64,000 nucleotides of DNA from Dimorphilus gyrociliatus (Eukaryota > Animalia > Annelida): positions 2,611,404 to 2,675,403 of the forward strand of contig CAJFCJ010000007.1 in NCBI GenBank assembly GCA_904063045.1. Direction: 5' to 3'. A program made the translations under genes and the position numbers. Positions 10,636 to 23,302 of this stretch are shown here, in pieces (the first letter of the stretch is position 1; the number at the start of each line of letters is the position of its first letter). The notes beneath the pieces were generated by a model. That model was not told the origin of the DNA, made no database searches, and saw only the letters and a list, made by a program, of their open reading frames with translations.

Positions 10636-13615
10636 ATGCCTTCGGATAAGGAGTCACAAATTCTTAAACGAAGTGGTAGACACATCGAACGCTATACAGA
10701 TGTTGGGATAGCTGGCAGGTAATTAGAACAACGTTAAATAACCGTCGAAATTTTTTCGCATCTCTACTTACGTTTTCTTTTTTATAGAGGAAAATTCGCA
10801 ACTGTTAAACAATGCATCTGCAAAGAAACAAAGAAGTTATTCGCGGCTAAAATTTTAAATAAGAACAAAATGGGAAAGGATAACAGAGAGAATATAGAAA
10901 GAGAGATTAAGTTACTACAACTAAGTAAAGAATGCCGACTAATTGTTCAAATTCATGAAGTGTTCGAAACGCCAAGTGTTGTGACTATTTTAACTGAATA
11001 GTAAGTATACAATAAGACAGGAAGCCAAAACTTATTAACTAATTGACTCTTAAATGTTATTACGTTGGCTTTTCGGCATATTTAACAAATGAGTCACGGA
11101 ACTGGTATATTTAATGGGAATGTCAAAACTATATTTATACATTTTTTGTTAGGTTGCGGCAATAACTAGAAAAGGGAAGTGAATCATTATAAGAGGGAAA
11201 AACTTATTGGTCATAAACAAATTGAATAATAGTATATCTAATCACGGCGCAAATATTTCGATAGTCAACATACCTTTTTATATTGGCATATTTAAGCATA
11301 ATTCTAAAGTCGAATATAATATTGCCTAATATCTTGTGCAATACGTTCTGTCAAAACTATAATATGTTATACACTTGTACAAATACATTGGCATTTTAGC
11401 TGGTAGTTTAGCTAATCGGGGAAACTTCTTGTAATAAAGTTACAAACTCTTCATAGTATCTTGCTTTATATAAATTGTTATTGTTTTCTTTGTTTTTAAG
11501 CGCTCCTGGAAAAACTGTTCAAGATCATTTATCGTTGAATATTAATTGTGAAGTGGAAGAGGCCAAGCATATAATTCGGCAGCTACTCCTCTGTTTGGAA
11601 TTCCTTCATTCTAAAAGGATCGCCCACCTCGACATAAAGGTGAGTCTCCTTATTCTCCTAAAGGTTAACATTTTTACTAACAAATCTTCACGCGCTTTCT
11701 CCACGTTTATTAAAAAAAAGCGAGAAATTTTTGAGTGATTGAATGAATGAATGAATGAGTGAATAAAGAAAGAAGTAAATCGCTCGATTTATTTATTTAC
11801 TTTTCCACTAGGCCGTAAACTCTCAAAAAATGAAAAATAAACGTATTTTGATTGACGCACCAATCTCAATTTATATTAAGTTGTAGCCATATCCCGCTCC
11901 ACGTTTGATATAACAATCTTTTATGGTTGGTTCAGTACAGCTTTATATAAGCAAATCAAAGCAATCTCTTGTTGTTAACGGTCATAAAAATAGAGAAAAA
12001 CGTGTTAGTTCCCCACGTTCAATTCTATTTTGAATAAAATATTACCTACTACAGAGAATTTGTCCAGTATACAATATATATACTATATGTATCGTACTTA
12101 TCAAAATAAAGAATAGTATACAACGTTTCGAAAGTTTTAATATTTGTGTATATTTATGATAGCATCTATATAAATATACACTATATGTATGGTGCAAATT
12201 AAAAACACATATTATATATACATATATATATATATATCTATGTATATAGATATTGGTATTTGCTGCGTGTAAAGCGAATTTATTTTTCAATCTTTCCCAT
12301 GTCACTTGTTGAACGAACTTGAATAAACAGAAGCGTCTTGACGTATCTGCTCTGCTATTCTTTTCCAACAGCCGGGCAAACAATTGGACTGTTTGCAAAA
12401 CAATTAATCAAAACTGCAAGTAATTAACACCGATGCATTCCAGACATTCGCGATACGCCGAATGCTTCTTGTTAGTCCAGTTCTATAAAAAGATAAGTTC
12501 GCTGAAATAATCGGTAAAGATCCTATACTATATGTCTGGGTGAATAGCAGGTCATGCATTTTTGGAATGAACTTTTCTCTCGTACTCTCGATCTCTTACT
12601 TTCTCTCTCTCTCTCCCTCTGTCTGTCTGTCTATCTCTATCAGTTTATTTCTCTTTTACTCCCCCACTCTATCTATCCACATTCTAGTCCTAATCTAGGC
12701 CTATTAATCCAACAGCCTGCCAACATTCTCTTAATGGGACCGCCTCCGAGCCATGATATTCGATTATGTGATTTCGGCCTAGCTCAATTACTGGAAGAAA
12801 ACATTGAACAATATCAGTTAGCAGGAACAACAGATTATATGGGTAGGTTTACCTCATTTATCGACTAAACCACATTCCTGTAATATTTTATAAAATAGCT
12901 CCCGAAGTTATAAACTTTGAGTCTTTAACAACAAAAAGCGATATATGGAGCGTTGGGGTTTTAACATACGTCCTATTATCTGGAATGTCACCATTCAATT
13001 TCGAAAATGGTGATGATCAAAACGTACGATTAAATATAACAAAATGCAATTATGATTTCAACGATTATTTCGATAATATACCCGAGGCTGCTATAGAATT
13101 TATTAAAAGCGTTCTGGTATTATTACATAGGTTGGTATTTTCCCTGAAACCAAAAAAAACACAAAGTTTTACGAGATCGTAAAAACTCTATTTACAGAGA
13201 CCGCCCAACTGCCAAAGAGTGCCTAAAGGACGTGTGGTTTGAGGCAAATGACAATAAAGAGAATAAGCAGGGAAAAGTTGAAAATCGTCGAAGTACACAA
13301 AACACTAATATTAAAATAGACGTAAAAAAGGAGGATAAGGTTGATATTGGTGAGAAAATAACTGAAATTTTAAACGAGGTTAAAGATAGAATTCAATCAC
13401 CTACTGAAAACGAAAAGAATAAAACGATTCTGTCAAATCAAATAAACTCCCCTGGTTCAGAGGAAATGTCATGCTCTAAGAAACTTGTTATTGAAGCCAA
13501 AACACCGACCCGTCAATCTCCCTTAGGCTGTAGAAGATGCCTAGCAATATCAGTTGATGATGAACCCGCCAAGAGGAGTAAATGTTTTGAATACAGTCCT
13601 CCTATTAAATCCTGA
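10636..13615 (+). CDS. STK17A: DAPK-related Ser/Thr kinase (DRAK/STK17 family), 6 exons
   Basis: Seen: GRGKFATVKQC, FAAKIL, HLDIK|PANILL, IRLCDFGLA, AGTTDYM|APEVI, DIWSVGVLTYVLLSGMSPF, followed by a disordered tail. Confidence 0.88.
11741..11764. repeat. (GAAT)n microsatellite in DRAK intron 3
   Basis: Seen directly: gaatgaatgaatgaatgagtgaat. Confidence 0.8.
12585..12680 (+). repeat. CT-rich simple repeat / extended polypyrimidine tract before DRAK exon 4
   Basis: Seen directly: (CT)n, (CTGT)n and CTAT units. Confidence 0.75.
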
Positions 13616-14465
13616 CAATTACTGCATCCTTTTTTTACAATGAACATATAAAATAAGAGGATGATTTGTATATTAAAAAACGATGGATACGTTTAAGAAA
13701 AAAATCTCTGAGCCTTTAAAAAAAAACGATGGTCATTAATATATTGACTGAAATAGAGAGATATTTTCCTATTTTTTTCTTATGCCATATATTACCTGAT
13801 CTGTCATGTCCTCTTTTGTGTACAAATTCTTACATTTTGCCAATAAAACAAGTGAGTTTAGAGATCTTTTTTTTTTATAAAAAATATCTTTTAATGCTAC
13901 TTTTGATTTAGTTAAAAAAGGATTACAATAGATGACAAAGTTAAAAATTCCTTTTTTTTATTATCTAAAGTTTGAATAAGTATTGAATAAATATACATTC
14001 ATACTAAATATATTTGTTTATCTTACCTAACGTTATTAATATTAAATTATCATATTTAAAGTACGAAATGGAAATTTATTAATTTACATATATATTGGAT
14101 ATAAATGTACATTTGCACCAGTTTAGTTCGGTCAAAGTCCTTAGTTTACGTCATTAGCGTTTAAATTTCTCTCTCTTCCTATCTATCTAGTGGAATTTTT
14201 ATACTTTCTATATATATTTTTTATCTCCAATAGAAAGGTTTATATATTGATTTTTATCAAATCAGCTTATAAAGGGCTTTTAAAAACGACTTTAAATTAA
14301 ATAAAGATAAGCTTCCTAATCTTACATTTCGTGATCTATGCGTCGGAAATTTCAAATTTCGTCACATGTTTTATTGTTATCTTACTCAACGACAGATGGC
14401 GAACATCACACACAACCGGTGAATAGAATACCGATTCACCAAATTACCGGTAAGACAGTTATAAA

Positions 14466-16378
14466 ATGGTGCCAGTGCAGGGCAAAGTTTCTAGTGATAT
14501 TCCTAAATGGCAGCTTGCGCTTCTGCTTGGTGTCCCAGTGACAATTGGTGCAGCCGGACTTTACTACTACTACAAAAAAAATAAGAGCAAGAAGAATGCT
14601 AATAACCGCGGGGAATCTAGTAAAGGCAGCAAGCCGGATCAAAGATCCGATGAGCACGTGGAAAAGGTTAGTGTTAAATGTTATTTAAATCATATTTAAA
14701 TAATTTTAATTTATTTCTTCCCACTGTAAAGAAACCTTCAACTCCCAATGAAATAGCCGAAAGTCTGAAAACAGAGGGCAATATATTTTTCAAAAAAGGA
14801 CAATACGATTCGGCAATTGAAAAGTATACTAGAGCTATTGAAGCATGTCCAAAAGAAAGCCAGCAACAATTGTCAACTTATTATCAAAATAGAGCCGCAG
14901 CTTATAGTCAATTAGGTAAACAGCAGAATGTTCTGGAAGATTGTACTTCCGCTCTGGAATACAATAAATTTTATGTAAAGGCCCTTTCAAGGAGAGCCAA
15001 AGCATTCGAAGCTGTTGAAAAATTGGAAGAAGCCCTAAATGATGCAACCGCTCTTTGTATGTTAGAACAGTTTGGTAATCAATCATCCATTGCTTTTGCT
15101 GATACTGTTTTGAAAAAATTAGGAAAGACAAAGGCTAGAGACTTATATGCCAGCAGAAAACCGCTTCTACCTTCGAAGGCGTTTGTGAAAAATTATTTCA
15201 CAGCGTTTGTAAATGATCCTTTAATAAGAACGATCGTTGAAGAAGATACTCCTTTGCGCCAAGCTCTGGAATTAATAAAGGATGGTGAATTAGATAATAT
15301 CGAAACACTGTCCACAGCTGAACTATCAAATAATGATTCCAAATATCATCATTTAGCTCTATTGTTAAGAGCAACATTCCACATGCTGTCCATGAGTTCA
15401 GAAAATGCGCTATCTGACTTGGAGATGTTGCTTCGCGAAAAGGAATCAGCAAGAGAAATAAAATCTAACGCCTTAATCAAACGTGCTCTCCTAAAGATGC
15501 AGGTAAAGTGTCTGAAATATCGAATATACATAAAAATTCATCTGTCATTTAATGTTTTATTAATTTCGCTTAAATAGTCGGCTAACAGAGATGGAGCCAT
15601 GAAAGATTTCGATGAAGCCGAACAGTTGTATTCAGATAATGCTGATATTTATCATCACAGAGGTCAAATATATCTATTGTCAGAGCGAATGGAAGATGCA
15701 TTACGTGAATTTGAAAAGGCTATATCATTTGCGCCAGAATGTGATGTTGCACATGCTCAAAAATGCTATGCAGGTAGGCTAGGCGCAATTGTATTTATAT
15801 AAAGCAGTAATAGTAAAACTCTTTCATATTAGAATTTCGTAAAATGAGTGAAATCAATCCCGCAAAAAAGCAGGAAGCATTGAACAACTTTGAAAATATC
15901 AGTAAGAGATTCCCGGATAGTGCTGAGGTATCTGCTCTCTATGGCCAAGCACTCACTGATGCGAAAGATTTCGAAAAAGCTGAGAAATTCTATGATAAAG
16001 CTTTAGAAAAGCAAACGGATTCTGGCATGTTGTACGTTCATAAAGGTTTACTTTATGTACAATGGAGGAATGACATAAATGCAGCTGTTGAAATGTTACA
16101 AAAAGCTGTTGAAACTGACCCATCTTGTGGATTTGCATATGAGTCTCTGGGCAGTATAGAGGTAATACAAAAGAAATAAAATTAATGACTGTATTATAAA
16201 TAATAAAATAATTTTTTGTTAGGTTCAAAGAGGTAAATTTCAACCAGCAATAGACGCTTACACAAAAGCTCTGAATTTATCAAGAACCGAAGAGGAGATG
16301 GCACATATATATTCGATGGTAGCTGCAGCAAAAGCTCAAGTATCCGCCGCAAAGTACATGGGTATAGAAGTTAACTAA
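14466..16378 (+). CDS. TOMM70: Mitochondrial import receptor TOM70 (TPR)
   Basis: Seen: N-terminal signal-anchor KWQLALLLGVPVTIGAAGLYYY, then TPRs (KTEGNIFFKKGQYDSAIEKYT, YQNRAAAY, ADIYHHRGQ, FAYESLGSIEVQRG). Confidence 0.96.
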
Positions 16379-16881
16379 ACTTGATTAGTTATAATCTGAA
16401 TTTCGAACATAAACCGTGGATTTCTTTTTTTATTTTTTGATTTGTTTTTAAATTTTGGTTTCTAAGTGGTGTAGTAAACAGCATCCTGTTTGTGAACTCG
16501 AGAAATAGTACTTGTAATAGTAACAATCTAAAAAAATGTTTATTTATATTTCTCAAACAGTTTATTCTTGGTTTTGTAAGAAAAGCAAACAATGAAAATC
16601 ATTATATGAAGAGAAATATAATTAATTGAAAAAGTTAAATAACAAAAAAGTTTCAATTGTTGATAACTTTAGTTGCATTTTTTCTTTTGTTAAATAATTA
16701 AACATAAATCTATCTGATAAACTCTTTCATTAGTTTTAATTATATTGCCAATAGCATTCTTTGTCTTTATGATTGAGAGGGGAGATTTTATGGCATTAAT
16801 ATTGTACTATTTTGAATATTTGTAAGTACTCAACAGGAAACACAGCAAAACTATAGAAAAAAAATTGCTAAGGACAATAAC

Positions 16882-17361
16882 TTAATTTTTAATATAGGCT
16901 TTTTTTTCTGTGTTACTAACTATCTTTGGAGTGTTTATTCCGATTTTGTGTGATAACTTAGCATCTAAACGTTTAATCAGTTCCTTACTGTGATTTATTC
17001 CCTCTTCAAATTGTTTCTGATCCTCAACGAATTGCTTTTGCTGAGCAGCAAATCTTTTTCTCTGATCGTCTAATACGTCGTTTTGTAGAAAATTTAGTAA
17101 ATTCTGATTGGCTAGTTGCTTAACTTGATTAGAAATTAATCTTTCCTGATGGATAAAGCGAGCTTGCTGATAATCGAATCGTTTTTGTTGATCAATAAAT
17201 TGTTTTTCCTGATCGATCATCTTTGATTTAACATTATCCGAAAATTTTTTCATTTCATATTCTAGTGTAGATTGATTATCATCCATACGAATTTCCCTAA
17301 AATCTTTGTTATCCGTTGAACTATCCGACAAAGACTTTATTCTAGACGCTTTCATATCCAT
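16882..17361 (-). CDS. Orphan 159-aa coiled-coil protein with 7-aa (21-nt) degenerate repeats
   Basis: Seen: uninterrupted ATG ORF with DQEKQFI-DQQKRFD-YQQARFI-HQERLIS-NQVKQLA. No family recognised. Confidence 0.6.
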   Translation of the reverse strand: MDMKASRIKSLSDSSTDNKDFREIRMDDNQSTLEYEMKKFSDNVKSKMIDQEKQFIDQQKRFDYQQARFIHQERLISNQVKQLANQNLLNFLQNDVLDDQRKRFAAQQKQFVEDQKQFEEGINHSKELIKRLDAKLSHKIGINTPKIVSNTEKKAYIKN

Positions 17362-17837
17362 TTAAACAATTTTCTGACGTCTCATTAAGTATTTTAAACT
17401 ACACTTTTCACTAATACTTGAAAGTTTTGATAAGAATTTGAATGTAGTTAACCAATCAGCTACAAGTTGTGAACAAGACGCCAAACTGCTATAGAATGAA
17501 GCAAGAAACGATAGAACTCACTTACTCTTTACCAATTAGCTAAACAGCTAAGTTGTCAGTACAAAAAGTTATTATTAGGTCTATAGGTTAATAGTAGTTT
17601 AATAATTAAGGCTACAGTCTGTAACCCATTAGCCCATTGGTGTCACTTAACGCAGACTTTTAATGTTTGGAAGCAAAATAGATTAAATAACGAATATAAA
17701 ACTACTGTATAGAGATTAACGATTTCTTCAATTTTACTCTAAAAGGAAGACAAACTTTTATACGGACAATACAAAAAAAACCTGTTTATTCTAAGGGCTT
17801 AAATTAAGAGAGGATTAAGGTTTTTTTCCTCCGAATC

Positions 17838-20800
17838 TTACGTTTCTTGACGACCAGTTATAGCTCTCATTCTGGCATTTTGTATTTCTAAATGATGATT
17901 TCTATGTTCTAGAATCTCCCGTTTTTCAGCCTCCATTCTAATAGATTCATCAAATGCTCTATTATTTTTCTCTACCTCTGTTAATTTCTCTCTTAAACTT
18001 TTGCATTGCTCTGATAATTGGACAGATTCCTTTGTTTTTGATATTAACTGTGATCTGGCATCCTCCAAATCAGCAGCTAGTTTTTGAGCTGATTGAAAAA
18101 ATATGGCTCTTTCTTTTTCGTATAAAGTTAAGTGTTTCTTTAAATCATCTAACTGTTTTAAATCGTTAGGTTCTTCTGACGATTTGCCGTGTAGTGTTTC
18201 GGTTTTTCTTTTTAACGTCGCAATTTGACCTTGACTCTCAGCTAATTGTAGTTCCAAAGTTTGAATATGAGCTTCTTGAGTATAGAAGCTTGTTTGAACA
18301 GATTGTAGTTGTTTTTTCAGAATTGCTGCCTGATCTTTCTCGTGTAAAAGTTCTTGTTCAAGTTTAGCGCTACTGATTCCCGCAGATCTAATAGTGTCTT
18401 CCGTCATCGACTTATGAATTGAGTGTCTTGATCCCTGATTAAGTCTAAGAGCTTCCAAATGCTGTTCGGCTAATCGTCTATTATTTATTTCTTGGTGTAA
18501 CCGTCTCTTTAACGCATCGACAGTTTTTTCATAGTTTATATTCGTTGAACGTAAAGAATCTCCAACATCGTTGAGAGCGACTAAGGATGCTTCGGTTGCT
18601 TTCAAATCCGTAGCTGTCTTATTTAAGCTATTCCTTAGTTGAGTGATTTCCTCATCAGAATTGGATGATAGTTGCTGAAGGTCTGCGTTAAGACCAAACA
18701 CTTCTTTAGTATACTCTTCTTTAACAATTTTCAATCCTTCTTTTAATTGAACAATATTCATTCTCAACTTATCATTTTGTTGAATTAATTGCGTCTGCTT
18801 CTCTCTTTCTGTTTGAGCTTCTTCTTTATATTGTTTTGTAATCATTTCCATATCTCTTAAGTCAGCCTCCGATTGCATTAACTGACATTCCAATTCTTTG
18901 CGTCCTTTAGCTTCGGAATCTAATTGTCCAATGGATTGATAACAGCCTCTAATTTGCAAGTCTTTAGCTCTAATTTGCTCCTTAAGATCAACTATTTCGT
19001 CCCTTAAACTGCCGAGTGTATCATCTGATATACCTTTCTCTCTTTTTATGTAATCGATGTCATTCATAAAATCTTGTCTTATCTTGTCCAAAGTTTGTTT
19101 ATACTTAATCTGCTCCTTAGATAAGAGTTCTTCATAGTCCTCTAATTTTCTGTACAAACTTCTGGTATCTTCGACTAAGCGCTCTTTTTCAGCTCTACAT
19201 TGTTGCATTTGTATCGTTTCCTCTTGTAATCTCTTCTCCAACGAAATAACTTGAACTTCGTATTGTCTTATCTTGTCTTGCAGTTGAGACATTTGCTTCT
19301 CTTCAAGTAAATATTGTTCCCTCAGGGACATATGTAAGTTCTGTTCTTTATCTAATGCTGCTTGCAATATCTCTAATTCGTTTCTCATCTTTTCCTGAGT
19401 ATCGTTCAAGAAGACTAGTTCATGCTTCATGTCGGATGATTTTTTTTTCTCATCTTTCAGATTAGCCTCTTCGGCGGCCAACAATTGTTTAATATGGTTA
19501 ATTTCCTTTTGTAGGAACTTATTTTGTTCATTTAATTTATTTACACGTTGGTGAAGGCATTTCTTTTCATCTTCAACAGCTGACAATTGACCTTCGGCCG
19601 CACGTAGATTTGTCTGCAGAGATATTATCATGTTTTGAGAATTTTGATACATTTTCTCAGATTCTAGAGAACTATTTCTTGCGTCTCCAAGCCTTCTAGC
19701 ACTTTCAACAATATCATCTTTTGTCCTCTTTAACTCTTCGCCTAATCTCTCAACGTCTCTTTCAAGAGCGTATCTATTTGATAGCAATTTTTCTTTCTCT
19801 TCTTTCGTCTTTTCAATGGCTTCTTCTAAATTACAATTCTGTTTACATTTTGTATTAAACTCCGTCATAATATGTTCAATCTCGTTTCTACTAGCAATAT
19901 TCTCTTCCGTAACAACTTCCAGTTTTCTGTTCAAATCTTCAATTTCCATACGAGAAGCTCGAAGAAGATTTCTGGTGTGGCTCATTTCGGAAGATCTGGC
20001 TTCGGATTCTGATTTCGTACAGGCAATTTCAGCCATAAGTTGGCGATTGTCTCCTTTAAGGATGTTAACCGCTTCTTCGTAGTCTCTTAATTGTTTTCTC
20101 ATTTCTAATTCAATATTAGTTATCTGCTCTCTAGCGGTCAGCTCAATTTGTCCAATCTTTTCATCTTGATTAATGAGTTCATTTTTGAAATTATCCCTCT
20201 CGACTGCTAATTTATTCATACTAGATTCTAAATCAGCTCTGGACGCCGTCAATTGAGAAACAATACTCTTTTCAATCATTAATTCTCTGGCAAACTGTTT
20301 TACTCTTCTAAACATTTCTGTATTTTCTTGACAGATCTTATCCAATTCGCTTTTCGTTGCCGAATAATCATGCCGAAGGGCGTCATTTTCAACTTCTAAC
20401 GATCTGAATTTTATTTCTGACTCTACAATTGAGTTTGTCAGTTGTAGTTTGCCATCTTCTACTAAAGTTACTAAGCCTTCCTCTAATTCTTTGTTTTTCT
20501 CATAAAGTATACTTTCTAATTTTCTCGTTTTCGACTTTTCCTTCTCGTAATCAATTTGAAGAACGCGATTCTTTGTAATTAATTCATCAGTCTCTCTTTC
20601 AGCTGCCTGAACTCTCGTTTGCAAGGCGACCAACTCGTCTTTAGTAATAACGTTTTCCTTATCGGTTAAACTCGATTCAGAAATATCTCCACCCTTAATA
20701 CCCTTCATATTTGGACCAGTAAATATTCTACAAATACCTACTGGGTCGTCAAATGAGTTTTCAACATTGTTATTACTCTTATTCAACGACGATTCTTCCG

Positions 20801-21702
20801 AATGATTAACGTTTAAACCTCGTTGAAATTTCTGAGAGATGCTAAATAAATCTTCATCTTTTAAATCAGCAAGAATTTCACTATCAAGATCTAACTTTTC
20901 TCCTTTTCCTAATTTTCTTGTAACGTTATTAACCCTTTCTTTAAAACTATACATATTTCTATCCAAAGCGTACATGGCCCTTTTCATGTCATTTTCAAAT
21001 ATTTTTAGTTCAGTTTGATTGTAATTTAGGGCAGGTAATATAGCCGGTTGGTTTCCCTCGTTTCTCTTTACCCTCTCCAATCTACATTTCGTTTCGTTCA
21101 TATTTAATAAAACATCTTTCAAATTCTCGTTTCTCAGAACATATACAGCATCGATTTCCCTACTTAATATTCTCTGTTTTAAGTCAACATCCGAAGATAA
21201 TAGGCATTGCATCGAAGCATCCTTCAAACAAATTTGATTTAGTTCGTTGTCACTCTCGATGACTTCAATCAATTTCTCATTTAAAAGAGCATATACTAAA
21301 AGATCATAACTTGGAATAAACTTCTTTACTCTAGCCGCTTCGTACGCATCTTGAAATTGTTTCTTTTCCATAGTTTGTCGAATTATTTCTATTTTGTGTA
21401 GTTTTTCATAACCATCATCGCTAAGTAAAAGTTCAGCTAAAATCTTATGATTTTCTGTTAGATATTCATGGAATGTCGATTCTTGTAAAAGTTGTTTTCT
21501 TGTAATATCATCTTTTAACAAAATATCGAGACTTTCTCCTCCAAATCTTGTGAATGCGTTGTTATTCTGACTCTAAAAAACAATTGGATAAGAGATAAAT
21601 CTATTATTATTTTTAATTGCTAAAAGGGTTAAGTGTTTAACTATTAGTTGTTTTCCTTTTTAATGAATACCGAAGAATTTTTACCTTCTCAACGTTATTC
21701 AT
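17838..21702 (-). CDS. ~1250-aa long coiled-coil protein (unrecognised); 6-codon first exon plus one ~3.7-kb exon
   Basis: Seen: 3.7-kb open frame rich in E/K/L/Q heptads. The exon MNNVEK (21702-21685) splices in frame to the acceptor at 21572. Confidence 0.85.
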
Positions 21703-22253
21703 GATATTATTGATGTAATAATGATTGATTTGCTGGATAAATGATTAAATTATAATCAGTGATGATAACTTGTTTTGATAGATGTTTGGATGAAAAATGA
21801 ATGACCTTTATTTAAATTTGAAATTTCATTTTATTACATAATATAAGAAATGACATGTCTTTTTCCCTCTTATTTTGGTCTATATCGACTATTTCTTTAT
21901 TATACTTTAATATTTAAATAGAATTTTTTAGTTGCACGAAAACTTAGTGATAGTTTGAAAATTCTTTTTTTGGTTCATTGCTCCTTTAAAAGATCTGAAT
22001 ATAAATTAATATAGTTTCTAAAACTAAATAAATTCACAGTGACGTTACTAAAGTCTAAAAATAACTCAAATTATATTTTTACAAAAGCTTGATCAATTTT
22101 GCCCAATTTAGATTGTTAAATAGCTTTGCTGAATATCTTCTCAATTACCGGTTGGTAATTAACCGGTCATGCAAAGTGTGGTATGACTAAATTATGGAGA
22201 TAATTTTCTGATTTTAAGTAATACCTGGTCTTGCTGCAGCATCAACTTACAAA

Positions 22254-22732
22254 ATGGTGAATTTACCACAGCCGAGACAAGTTTCCCCCGTTATTAGGGT
22301 AAGTAAAATAGCTCATCCATTATCAATTCACGAGGGTAACAAAGAAATAAAACTGAATCTTATCGTGAATAATTATAAACATTGTCTCTCTGAAACGTTG
22401 CATTGTTTCGCCAATGTCAATTTTTTCTCAAAGGTCACTAGATATTAACGACAATTTTATCATTTAGGCTTGCCGATGGGGTGCCTTGTTGGCAGGGATA
22501 GCTTACGGAAGTTATAGATATTGTAAGTACATCATATAGGTTATGAAGTATGATAAAGTCAATTCGATTTCTTCCAAAAGCATACCTTTCAAGAAAAGAA
22601 GTTAGTATTCAAGAACGAGAGAACAAAATTAGACAGGAATATGCCGCAAAAAAGAAGGCTGAAGAAGAGAAGAAGAGTGCAATTGAAATGAACGATTTGG
22701 CAAAGGAAGCTGGAATTATTCCTAATGCTTAG
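22254..22732 (+). CDS. ATP5ME: Mitochondrial ATP synthase subunit e, 3 exons
   Basis: Seen after splicing: MVNLPQPRQVSPVIR|ACRWGALLAGIAYGSYRY|SYLSRKE...coiled coil. Known: subunit e has VSPLI...GxxxG (here GIAYG) followed by a coiled coil. Confidence 0.92.
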
Positions 22733-23005
22733 ACATAAAAACTTGTAATTGTACTTCTAGTAATATTTGTACAATAATTAAAAGTTTTGCGTAAGGAATA
22801 TTCTACAAAAAAAATTTGAATAAAGTAAGAATGTAGAGTTATCTTGATCTTGAGGAAAATTTTCTTTTTATTCTTCATGTGATCAAATAAAGATAAAATA
22901 AAAAAAGATTCATTCAATATTTAGACTTTTATCTTTTGAATGTGACTTTATATTTTAAAACAAAGAAATTTTAGGTTTCCGAATGATTGATTATTGGAAC
23001 GAAGG

Positions 23006-23302
23006 TTATGAATGAAAACTTTTTATATAATGTAATTTTTGTTTTTTCCATTCGACGGAGTAGCACACAACACAACTGGCCACAGATATAAGAAAAAACA
23101 AAATTAAAAGCGGTAGACAAACCCCATGACATCTCACTGCAGATGTAAAATTCGATACTATAAATACAACTAATGTTATAAGACCAAAGAAAGATGAAGC
23201 ATAAAAAAGATAGGATGGTCGGAAGCAACAAGTAGTAGACGTCTCATCCTCTTGGTCTTCTTGATAGGTTTCTTCAGAACAAGAATTCTGCTTTATTAAC
23301 AT
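23006..23302 (-). CDS. Small putative 2-TM membrane protein (98 aa)
   Basis: Seen: acidic N-terminus, two hydrophobic stretches (SYLFYASSFFGLITLVVFIV; VCLPLLILFFLISVASCVVCY) and a basic tail. No family recognised, and AT-rich ORFs can look hydrophobic by chance. Confidence 0.45.
   Translation of the reverse strand: MLIKQNSCSEETYQEDQEDETSTTCCFRPSYLFYASSFFGLITLVVFIVSNFTSAVRCHGVCLPLLILFFLISVASCVVCYSVEWKKQKLHYIKSFHS

Noticed and set aside
12042-12398. 118-aa antisense ORF inside the DRAK intron
   Set aside because: It is built on TA-repeat low-complexity sequence (Y/I/H-rich) with no family features.
17610-17660. GTCTG/CAGAC stem in the 3' region of the large coiled-coil gene as a SECIS element
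   Set aside because: It lacks the AUGA/GA quartet geometry, and the upstream gene has no in-frame UGA.
22378-22418. Hairpin (ACATTG/CAATGT plus GAAAC/GTTTC) in the long ATP5ME intron 1 as an H/ACA snoRNA
   Set aside because: There is no correctly placed H or ACA box and no convincing second hairpin.
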